DNA from: Candidatus Undinarchaeota archaeon
GTDB lineage: Archaea; SpSt-1190; JASMDC01
Reading direction: 5' to 3'
DNA: 64,000 bases
NCBI GenBank assembly: GCA_964519305.1
Contig: CAZFHY010000008.1
Coordinates: 1 to 64,000 of the forward strand
Shown piece after piece: positions 1 to 7,169 of the stretch. The notes beneath the pieces were generated by a model, which did not search any database, was not told the origin of the DNA, and saw nothing but the letters and a program-made list of their open reading frames with translations. Within the stretch, counting starts at the first letter, position 1, and every line of letters starts with the position of its first letter. A program made the position numbers and the translations under genes.

Positions 1-58
1 TTTGAATCTCGCTATAAATCGCTGACGGGAGCGCGTCTGAAGTCCTTATCCGTTAGGC
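1..58 (+). mobile_element. attC-like recombination site, 3' part (truncated by window start); R' core GTTAGGC at 52-58
   Basis: 1-54 aligns with the 3' halves of the elements at 656-799 and 2331-2479 and ends in a GTTRRRY core. Confidence 0.7.
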
Positions 59-142
59 GACAACGTTCCCGTAATGGAAAACCATAAATATACAAACGTA
101 TACTTATGTATACAGATGTAAATCTATCAAGAGGTAATCATT

Positions 143-382
143 ATGACTGCTACCACGATCAGAATACACGATGATACAAAGCATGATCTGGATCTATTAA
201 GGGAATATCGGAATGAAAGCTATGATGAAGTTATTAAGAAAATCCTCTTTATCATGAAGAATTACAAGACCGAACCTGAATTGAGTCAGGAGACAATTGA
301 TTCGATCGAAAGAGCGAGGGAAAGGATAAAGAAAGGAGCTTTCTTATCTGAAGACGAAGCGAGAAAGAGGCTTGGCCTTTAA
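143..382 (+). CDS. antitoxin (RHH-like N-terminus) of a RelBE-type TA pair
   Basis: TTIRI...L..LR...ESYDEVI N-terminus and C-terminal SEDEARKRLGL; stop overlaps the toxin start; AT-rich. Confidence 0.8.
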   Translation: MTATTIRIHDDTKHDLDLLREYRNESYDEVIKKILFIMKNYKTEPELSQETIDSIERARERIKKGAFLSEDEARKRLGL

Positions 383-642
383 TGTATGAACTTGTCTTTG
401 ATGAGGAAGTAATTGAATTTCTCAAGAAATTACCGGAAGCGACTCGAAAGAGGATTTTCGATAAGATCGTATCATCTAAAGTGAATCCCTTCTTTTTCTT
501 TGAGAGATTAAAAGGAAGACGAGATTTCAGAATGCGTATCGGGGATTACAGGGCAATCGCAGATATCGATTCAAAAAAGAAGGTGATTCAAGTTACTTTG
601 GTCGGGCATAGGAAGAATATCTACAAGAAACTCCGACGATGA
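382..642 (+). CDS. relE: RelE/ParE-family mRNA interferase toxin
   Basis: FRMRIGDYRAI and VGHRKNIY motifs; 86 aa, basic. Confidence 0.9.
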   Translation: MYELVFDEEVIEFLKKLPEATRKRIFDKIVSSKVNPFFFFERLKGRRDFRMRIGDYRAIADIDSKKKVIQVTLVGHRKNIYKKLRR

Positions 643-655
643 GGGAACGTCAATC

Positions 656-799
656 GCCTAACAACCGGCCTTCTAGCTCCGGGCCGCTGAGACGACCCTC
701 CGCCAACACGCCCCCGTGAGATCCTGGGGCCTAGCTGACCTGAGCTCTGCTTGAAAAACACTGGACGGGGACGCGATAGAAGGCCTTGATCCGTTATCC
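656..799 (+). mobile_element. attC-like site (144 bp)
   Basis: R'' GCCTAAC 656-662, 13 bp after the relE stop; inner inverted repeat GGCCTTCTA/TAGAAGGCC; R' GTTATCC 793-799; homologous to 2331-2479. Confidence 0.8.
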
Positions 800-890
800 G
801 CACATCGCCACCACCTGTCTTGTTCCTTCGCTAGTACGCCTGACCAAGCCATAACAGCGCAGCTGTATACCCTCATCCGATAAATCAATC
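793..890 (+). repeat. ~100-bp dispersed repeat, copy 1 (copy 2 at 4087-4183)
   Basis: gttatccgcacatcgccaccacctgtc...gctagtacgcctgacc...acagcgcagctgtataccctcatc is near-identical to 4087 onward. Confidence 0.9.
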
Positions 891-994
891 CATCACCCCC
901 CGGAGGGGTATATAGAACTTCTTATCCCGGCGCGACCACTTGTTTGTATGAGAGCTCATGGGCCCCTCTCGCGAACCAAAAAGTATTTATCCGC

Positions 995-1012
995 GGTAAG
1001 ATATATCTTACC
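995..1012. promoter_or_regulatory. perfect 18-bp palindrome GGTAAGATATATCTTACC, probable antitoxin operator
   Basis: lies between a TATA-like TATTTAT (~984-990) and the ATG at 1024 of an AbrB-type antitoxin. Confidence 0.65.
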
Positions 1013-1023
1013 TAGGTGCGTCA

Positions 1024-1290
1024 ATGGACATCGCGATCACGAAGCTGAGCTCCAAAGGACAGGTCGTCATCCCCTCCGAAATGAGGGAGGGCCTACAGGA
1101 GGGGGATAAATTGATAATCATCAAGAACGGACCCCAGTTCATCCTGAAGAAGGCCACTGAACTCGAGGAACAGTTCACGGAGGACCTCGAATTCGCCAGG
1201 AGGACCGAAGAGGCGCTCGCCCGCTATGAGAAGGGTGAGTTCAAGGAGATGACCAAGGAAGAATTCGAGAAAGAGCTGGAAGAATGGTAG
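1024..1290 (+). CDS. AbrB/MazE/SpoVT-family antitoxin
   Basis: KLSSKGQVVIPSEMRE..L.EGD motif; acidic C-terminus; overlaps the toxin. Confidence 0.88.
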   Translation: MDIAITKLSSKGQVVIPSEMREGLQEGDKLIIIKNGPQFILKKATELEEQFTEDLEFARRTEEALARYEKGEFKEMTKEEFEKELEEW

Positions 1291-1532
1291 CGGTAGCATA
1301 TGATACCCTCTTCAAGAAGAAGATCAAGGGGATCAAGGATGAATCACTGAAGACCAAGGTCAAGAAGAAGATACGGAAGATCGTGAATTCCCCTACCACT
1401 GGAAAGCCGATGAGGTTCTCAAGAAAGGGAACGAGGGAAATCCATATCGCTCCATATAGATTATCGTACATGTACATTGAAAGCGAGGACAAGGTCATCT
1501 TCCTTGACCTTTATCATAAGGATGCACAATAG
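1284..1532 (+). CDS. RelE/ParE-family toxin
   Basis: P..GKPMR...KGTREIHIAPYRLSY and C-terminal YHKD motifs. Confidence 0.85.
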   Translation: MVAVAYDTLFKKKIKGIKDESLKTKVKKKIRKIVNSPTTGKPMRFSRKGTREIHIAPYRLSYMYIESEDKVIFLDLYHKDAQ

Positions 1533-1547
1533 GAGCCCCGTTCTTTC

Positions 1548-1569
1548 GTCAGCATACCTGTTAGCTGAC
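1548..1569 (+). mobile_element. short or collapsed recombination-site-like junction with R' core GTTAGCT (1560-1566)
   Basis: GTCAGC-atacctgtta-GCTGAC; GTTAGCTGACATCG is the inverse complement of CGACGTCAGCTAAC (2324-2337) with 1 mismatch. Confidence 0.55.
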
Positions 1570-1684
1570 ATCGGTCATACGAGCTATTTGGTTCTTAGAA
1601 CCTGACGGGAATGTTCGGATGTGCTAGGGGCTACACGCGGGTCCTCGTCAATACCCTTATATCACTACACTCCCCGGAAGCACC

Positions 1685-2236
1685 ATGAACGACAGCACGC
1701 TGCTGCATCTGATCCTCATCGTCGCCGTGCTCTCGCTTGCATCCAACGCCCTTGTGCTGGACCAGGTGCGGACATCGTCACGCTCTTCGACGTCCGCCTC
1801 GAACGCCCCGGGGAGCGGACCCCCGTCGAATTATCAAATCTACCAGGACTCCATGATCTTTTGCAGGGGGGATGAGGGATGCATCGAGGATCATAGCAAG
1901 TGCTATGACGGGTGCTCAGACCTATACTGGCAAGAACAGAATACAATAACTAAGGGCGCTTTTCATAGTCAAGTATGCTATCTGTTCTGCAATGAGTGCA
2001 TCTCGGCATGCACGGGTGCGACGACGAGTCGATGCGAATGCAGGTACGACGACATCCTTGGGGGATTGAGAATGGACAGGTTCGTCATCGGAACCATCAG
2101 GGATGTCGTGCGTATCTGTGACCACGATCACACGTGCATCCAGAACTGCGTGGAAGCTATCAAGATCAACGGCGAGCTCCCCTCGGGGGAGGGATTGACA
2201 GCTTCCTGCTTAAGGCCCAATGAGACTGCAGGATGA
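1685..2236 (+). CDS. membrane-anchored/secreted Cys-rich protein, cassette paralog 1 (14 Cys)
   Basis: MND..LL hydrophobic anchor, GPPSN motif, CxxxC arrays; TATA-like CTTATATC ~25 bp upstream. Confidence 0.8.
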   Translation: MNDSTLLHLILIVAVLSLASNALVLDQVRTSSRSSTSASNAPGSGPPSNYQIYQDSMIFCRGDEGCIEDHSKCYDGCSDLYWQEQNTITKGAFHSQVCYLFCNECISACTGATTSRCECRYDDILGGLRMDRFVIGTIRDVVRICDHDHTCIQNCVEAIKINGELPSGEGLTASCLRPNETAG

Positions 2237-2330
2237 GTTCGCTGGGCATTTCGTATGCTCACAAGGAGGCGTAGTGCCCTTGCTGGGAATTGAACTAAAA
2301 GAATAGATGTCAATAATTCAGAACGACGTC

Positions 2331-2479
2331 AGCTAACAACCGGACTCACGGTTCCGGGCCGTCATTGTCATTCCGGCCCTCCATCCACACGGGCCCGTGA
2401 GATCCTCGAGCTTCGCTGGTTTGAACTTAGCCTAGAAAACGCGACATGGGCCCGCGTTTCATGCTCCGGACCGTTAGTT
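2331..2479 (+). mobile_element. attC-like site (149 bp)
   Basis: R'' AGCTAAC 2331-2337 ... R' GTTAGTT 2473-2479; shares ctaacaaccgg, tccgggccg and cccgtgagatcct blocks with 656-799. Confidence 0.8.
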
Positions 2480-2597
2480 GACATCGGTCGTACGGACTTA
2501 TTGACGCTGAGCCCCTGTCGGAAAGGTGCGGATGCGCTCGGGACTACGCGCCGATGCCCATCAACATGCTTATATCACTGTGTATCCCAAAATTGTC

Positions 2598-3167
2598 ATG
2601 GACGACCGGACGCTGCTCCACATCGTGCTGACGCTGGTCGTGTTCAACATAGCGCTCAACGCGTACACTCTGACCGAGATGCGACAGCTGGGTTCGCGGG
2701 CGGCGGCCGAGTCCATTGGTCCCCCTCCTGCCAATCCCTACTTCGACATCATGCAGGGCAGTATTACCTTTCTTAGTGAATGTCATAGAGACTGCATAGA
2801 TGCGCAGCTTGCGTGCTTGACTCCGTGCACTGAACACTTTAGCACTGAGTACTTGGACTTGAAGTCGTACTCTATGTGTGTTAATAATTGTAACCAAGAA
2901 TATCTTACGTGCAGGGACCCCTGTGATAAAAACTGTGGTCGTGAATCTCATGATGACACTTGCGGTGAATATGGAGGCTGGGAAAAGGACAATGATCCAT
3001 ATCCCCGCTTGATAACAATACAAAGAGAATGCAAATCTCGATGTAGAAAGGAGTGTGGAGAGAACATTACGGACTGGGACAGTAGCAATGATCCCTTCGG
3101 CCGCTTAGACGAATGCTTGGATCGATGTGGAAAGGAGTGTCCGAGTATTGTCTTTACTGTACCCTAG
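2598..3167 (+). CDS. membrane-anchored/secreted Cys-rich protein, cassette paralog 2 (16 Cys)
   Basis: start moved to ATG 2598 by homology with paralog 1 (MDDRTLLH...GPPPAN); same CTTATATC leader. Confidence 0.8.
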   Translation: MDDRTLLHIVLTLVVFNIALNAYTLTEMRQLGSRAAAESIGPPPANPYFDIMQGSITFLSECHRDCIDAQLACLTPCTEHFSTEYLDLKSYSMCVNNCNQEYLTCRDPCDKNCGRESHDDTCGEYGGWEKDNDPYPRLITIQRECKSRCRKECGENITDWDSSNDPFGRLDECLDRCGKECPSIVFTVP

Positions 3168-3276
3168 TTCCGGGTGAATAACCGCCACGGGAAAAGGCGC
3201 GATATTCATGCGTTTTACTAGTACGGGGCAACGCCCCCGTCCATAGGCTTTTATCCCTGCACGTCCTAGAAGCACC

Positions 3277-4047
3277 ATGAACGACCGATCCCTGCTCCGC
3301 GCTGTGCTCATCATCGTCGCGCTCTCGCTCGTCATCAACGTCTCAACCCTGAGCGAGCTCGGGAAGCAGGCGACCGGGGCACCGGCCGGCGGGCCGCCGG
3401 CGAACACTGGTGACTTTTCCCCGGCACCCGACAACCCCTGGATATGGTGCGGGGATACCACGTCCGGCTGCAAGGAGTGCTATCCCTGCGAGGACGATTG
3501 CGAGGAGGTCTCCCGGAAGCATGGTGAGCAGCAGATCGAGGAGGCGCTGAGGATGGCGGAGGAGCAGGGGATCCTGGATGAGATGGGCAAAGACCAGTTC
3601 CTCGAAGAGATCAGCTGGCACGTGCAGCAGCAGGTCGAGGCCAACCGGACCGCCTGCGAGAAGCAGGTGGAGCAGTGCATCGCCAGCAGCAAGGTCGACA
3701 TGAACGCCTGCTTCCGGGGGTGCAAGGAGGCGCGCAACACCTGCTTCGAGCCGTGCAGGCAGTTCGTCATCGAGTGGATCGAGGTCGAGAAGGCAGACGG
3801 CAATGAGCTATTCCTGGAAAGGGCGGAGTTCTTCCTTCCCGAGCACTTCTCAAGGGTCTTCAGCAAATGCCTCCACTGCTTCGATGAGCAGACCGCCTGC
3901 GTGGAGCAGTGCACGGTGACAACGGACACGTGCCCCGATCCGTGCTCCCTGACAAGAGAGAAGAAGGATATCTGCGTGGCTACCGTTTTACATCGCGACG
4001 CCCAAAATTGCTTGTGGACGATTTACGACCGTTGCCAGGGGACATGA
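3277..4047 (+). CDS. membrane-anchored/secreted Cys-rich protein, cassette paralog 3 (20 Cys)
   Basis: MNDRSLL...GGPPAN; gaagcaccATGaacgac start context identical to paralog 1. Confidence 0.8.
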   Translation: MNDRSLLRAVLIIVALSLVINVSTLSELGKQATGAPAGGPPANTGDFSPAPDNPWIWCGDTTSGCKECYPCEDDCEEVSRKHGEQQIEEALRMAEEQGILDEMGKDQFLEEISWHVQQQVEANRTACEKQVEQCIASSKVDMNACFRGCKEARNTCFEPCRQFVIEWIEVEKADGNELFLERAEFFLPEHFSRVFSKCLHCFDEQTACVEQCTVTTDTCPDPCSLTREKKDICVATVLHRDAQNCLWTIYDRCQGT

Positions 4048-4070
4048 ACAAATATCGATAATTCTTACCG

Positions 4071-4098
4071 ACGTCAGATAAAATGAGTTATCCGCACC
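4071..4098. mobile_element. 28-bp dif/attI-like simple site ACGTCAGATAA-AATGAG-TTATCCGCACC
   Basis: 11-6-11 geometry with GATAA/TTATC inverted core; sits where an attC is expected after paralog 3. Confidence 0.55.
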
Positions 4099-4183
4099 TC
4101 GCCACCACCTGTCCTGTTACTTCGCTAGTACGCCTGACCTAGCCTTACAGCGCAGCTGTTTACCCTCATCTGTTAATTAATTC
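4087..4183 (+). repeat. ~100-bp dispersed repeat, copy 2
   Basis: near-identical to 793-890 with a few substitutions and one 1-bp indel. Confidence 0.9.
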
Positions 4184-4329
4184 AATTTCTACTCCCGGTC
4201 GTCACGGATCCATTTATTCAACGGGATATCTATGATCTTTCAGTGCGGGCGCATGTCACCAATAATATCATAATCGTGACAATATATTATCATAACTATT
4301 ATATACTCGAAGCTGCATAAAGAGGTGAT

Positions 4330-4596
4330 ATGGTGGTAATCAGACCGATTTCCGATCTCCGCAACCGTTTCAACGAGATCTCAGAGCTCTGCCACAAGGA
4401 GGGGGGGCCCGTCTACATCACGAAGAACGGGAAAGGTGACCTCGTCGTCATGAGCATCGCACGGTACGAGGAGCAACAGGCCTTGCTCGAGCTCTACCAG
4501 AGCCTTGCCGTCGCTGAGCAGCAGAGCTCATCGAAAGGGGGCCGGAGGACGCATGGGGAGATGATGGCGCTATTGAGGAAGAGGCTCCATGGCTAG
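4330..4596 (+). CDS. Phd/YefM-family antitoxin
   Basis: IRPISDLRN.F.EIS...PVYITKNGKGDLVVMS motif; GAGGTG RBS. Confidence 0.92.
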   Translation: MVVIRPISDLRNRFNEISELCHKEGGPVYITKNGKGDLVVMSIARYEEQQALLELYQSLAVAEQQSSSKGGRRTHGEMMALLRKRLHG

Positions 4597-4894
4597 GAAG
4601 TACATCATCGAGTACCTGCCCGTCGCGCAGACGGACCTCTTCGAGATCTTCGATTACATCAGGAAGGACGACCCTGACTCGGCCGGGGACTTCGTCAAGA
4701 GGATGGACGAGGTCGTACGACAGCTGGCGACGTTCCCGGAGATGGGGGTTGTTCCAAGGGACGCCCGGCTCGGATCGATGGGCTACCGGATGCTCGTTAT
4801 CGATCCCTACCTCGTGTTCTACGTCGTCAGGGACGGGCTAGTGGAGGTCCGGAGGATTCTTCACGGATGCCGTAAGTTTTCGTTCCTCCTGTGA
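4589..4894 (+). CDS. ParE/RelE-family toxin
   Basis: A..DL.EI.DYI..D.P..A, FPEMG, YR.L...YLVFY and RILHG motifs. Confidence 0.9.
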   Translation: MARKYIIEYLPVAQTDLFEIFDYIRKDDPDSAGDFVKRMDEVVRQLATFPEMGVVPRDARLGSMGYRMLVIDPYLVFYVVRDGLVEVRRILHGCRKFSFLL

Positions 4895-4908
4895 TAAGTC
4901 CCGACCCG

Positions 4909-6267
4909 TCACTGCCATCGCACGGTGTACGTGAGCAAGGGCGCCCCGCCGATCGAACACCTCCGTGAGCTCTCGACGCGACCCGAACCCGGTGACCATT
5001 TCCCGTCAGGGCCGCACTGGACCGTATTGGCCGACGTGACGTTGACATCATCGGAGACCATCAGATAGGACCTGGCGTTACCGGGATTGTTGTCGGTAAC
5101 CTTCATCGTCCGGCCATCCTTGTAGAGCGTGATGGTCCGGGTGAACGTCTGGTAGGTGCCCCCCTCGCCCGAGTTTAGGGAATAGGAGAACCCGAGCTCG
5201 TACCTGTCGGCGTGCTCGGTCCTCTGGACAGCGTCCTTCCCCACCACGACCGAGGCCGTGGCCCTCCAGGAGCCCAGGTAGCGCAGGAGGTCAAGACGGT
5301 CCGTGTCCTTCTGCGTGAAGTCGTTGCCGAGCCTGTCCGCGGACTGGATGTTGAGGTTCATCTTATCGTCCAGGTCCTCGCTGGTCTTGAGACCGTAGCC
5401 GGGGTAGCCCACCGGCCGCAGACGCCAGCTCCCGTCGTACCAGAGCCAGACCGCACCGAAGTCGAACGGTACGTGCAGGTCGTGCCTCAGTACAGTGCCC
5501 GGTGTCGTGTTGTTCACCGGGTGCCTGAGCAGCAGGTAGCCCTTCCCGCCGTCGAAGAACACTACGGTCTCGTGATCGGTGTGGACGATGCGGTCGACCG
5601 CACGGTCAGCGGTCCGGGAACCTTTGTATGTCGCGTCCAGCCGGGTGTCGCCGATGGGCGCGAGAGTCCCGTCGGGCAGCGCGAGGTCCGCGAGCCATCT
5701 GTCCGCCGCTCTCTCGAACTCGAGAAGGTCAGCATCGTCGTACTGCCGGTTCGCGAGTCTGACCGCGGCCAGGGTGTAGACGAGGTAGCTGCTGCCCTCG
5801 TACCACGTGACGTAGCCGTCCGAGGTGAAACCGAACCCCGCTAGCTTGGCCTTCACGGGGGCCAGGTCGGGCGCGTAGGAGGCGTCCTTCTTTTGCATCA
5901 GCAGCATCCGGATGAGATCACTGCGTATGGCAAGGTTGTTCGAGCGCAACGGGTTCGCTGTATCAATCGCGCCGATCCCGGTGCTCGTCCCGGCGAGGAA
6001 GGAGTCGAGGAGTTCCAGCGCGCGGTCCGTGTCGAACTCACGCTCGTTCTCAAGGCACCAGAGCAGTTCGTCCTGAAGGTCGGCGAGCTTGCTCGTGTCC
6101 ATACCGATGCTATCACCGTACCGCATGTCGTCCAGGGAGCAGTCGACCGCGTCCGTACCGATAGTGGCCGGGCCTGACGACCATGAGCTCCCCGCGATGA
6201 GAGCTGAGATGACGATGACGACGAGCACGAGCGTGCGACCGCTGGGTCCGCAATCAAGGTCCGGCAT
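4909..6267 (-). CDS. secreted heparinase II/III-like (polysaccharide lyase-type) protein
   Basis: N-terminal TM segment; YEGSSY, LPDGTLAPIGDT and H..H..D...L.YDG motifs. Confidence 0.55.
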   Translation of the reverse strand: MPDLDCGPSGRTLVLVVIVISALIAGSSWSSGPATIGTDAVDCSLDDMRYGDSIGMDTSKLADLQDELLWCLENEREFDTDRALELLDSFLAGTSTGIGAIDTANPLRSNNLAIRSDLIRMLLMQKKDASYAPDLAPVKAKLAGFGFTSDGYVTWYEGSSYLVYTLAAVRLANRQYDDADLLEFERAADRWLADLALPDGTLAPIGDTRLDATYKGSRTADRAVDRIVHTDHETVVFFDGGKGYLLLRHPVNNTTPGTVLRHDLHVPFDFGAVWLWYDGSWRLRPVGYPGYGLKTSEDLDDKMNLNIQSADRLGNDFTQKDTDRLDLLRYLGSWRATASVVVGKDAVQRTEHADRYELGFSYSLNSGEGGTYQTFTRTITLYKDGRTMKVTDNNPGNARSYLMVSDDVNVTSANTVQCGPDGKWSPGSGRVESSRRCSIGGAPLLTYTVRWQ

Positions 6268-6323
6268 GTGATCATGAGGACAAACAAGAAGCGTTTTATA
6301 GATTATACCGCCCGGTTCCAGTC

Positions 6324-7169
6324 ATGAGGAGCCTGATGGCCGTCGGCGGCGTTGTGGCCCTCATCCTATTCTTCGTCCTTATCGGTCAGGGGGACGATGG
6401 TCCAGAGCTCGAGGTATTCGCAGGATCTGCGTCGAAGCCTGCGCTGGAGGCGTGCGCACGGCTATATGAGGCGGAGACGGGCATCCCGGTCGCGCTCCAC
6501 TTCTCCGGCTCGGGGACGATGCTATCCCAGATGAAGATGACCGAGCGCGGCGACCTCTACATACCCGGTTCGCCCGACTTCTTGGAGCTCGCCGTCAGGG
6601 ACGTTACCGTGGACTCTGCCACTATCAGCGTCCTGGCGTACAACGTACCCGTCATCGCTGTGCAGAAGGGTAACCCAAAGAACATCACGTCGCTGGAGGA
6701 CCTGCTCCGCGACGAAGTCAGGTTGGGCATCGGCAACCCGAAGGCCGTGTGCCTGGGCCTGTACGCTGTGGAGCTGTTCGAGCACAACGGCCTTGGCGAC
6801 CGGCTGCGGGACAAACAGAAGGTGTACCCGGAGTCATGCTCGAAGACCGCGGCCCTGCTGGCCCTCGGCTCCGTGGACGCGGTCATCGGCTGGCGTGTGT
6901 TCGGCTCCTGGAATCCGGAGGATATCGACATCATTTACATACAGGAGGACCGCATCCCCCGCATCTCGTACATCCCTGTGGGCGTCTCGACGTACTCGAG
7001 GGACAAGGGCCGTGCCCTGGACCTCCTTGAGTTCCTGGAGTCGGACGTGTGCAGGACTGCCTTCCGCGAGAACGGCTACCTGTCCTCTGAGGCCGAAGCA
7101 CGGCAGTTCGCACCGAAGGCACAGCTGGGCGGGCTGTACCCACTACCGGCGGGGTGGTCGGATGGGTAA
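6324..7169 (+). CDS. modA: molybdate/tungstate ABC transporter substrate-binding protein
   Basis: FAGSASKP, FSGSGTMLSQ and GNPKNI.SLEDL motifs; signal anchor. Confidence 0.9.
   Translation: MRSLMAVGGVVALILFFVLIGQGDDGPELEVFAGSASKPALEACARLYEAETGIPVALHFSGSGTMLSQMKMTERGDLYIPGSPDFLELAVRDVTVDSATISVLAYNVPVIAVQKGNPKNITSLEDLLRDEVRLGIGNPKAVCLGLYAVELFEHNGLGDRLRDKQKVYPESCSKTAALLALGSVDAVIGWRVFGSWNPEDIDIIYIQEDRIPRISYIPVGVSTYSRDKGRALDLLEFLESDVCRTAFRENGYLSSEAEARQFAPKAQLGGLYPLPAGWSDG

Noticed and set aside
673-888. Minus-strand ORFs 673-888 and 621-803
   Set aside because: They overlap the attC-like site and the 100-bp repeat; the second repeat copy has an indel that breaks the frame.
793-890. Group IIC-attC intron remnant (GTGCG on the minus strand)
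   Set aside because: The GTGCG points into the attC rather than into the repeat, and no domain V/VI or RT is visible.
1685-4047. Diversity-generating retroelement acting on the Cys-rich genes
   Set aside because: No template/variable repeat pair differing only at adenines, and no RT.
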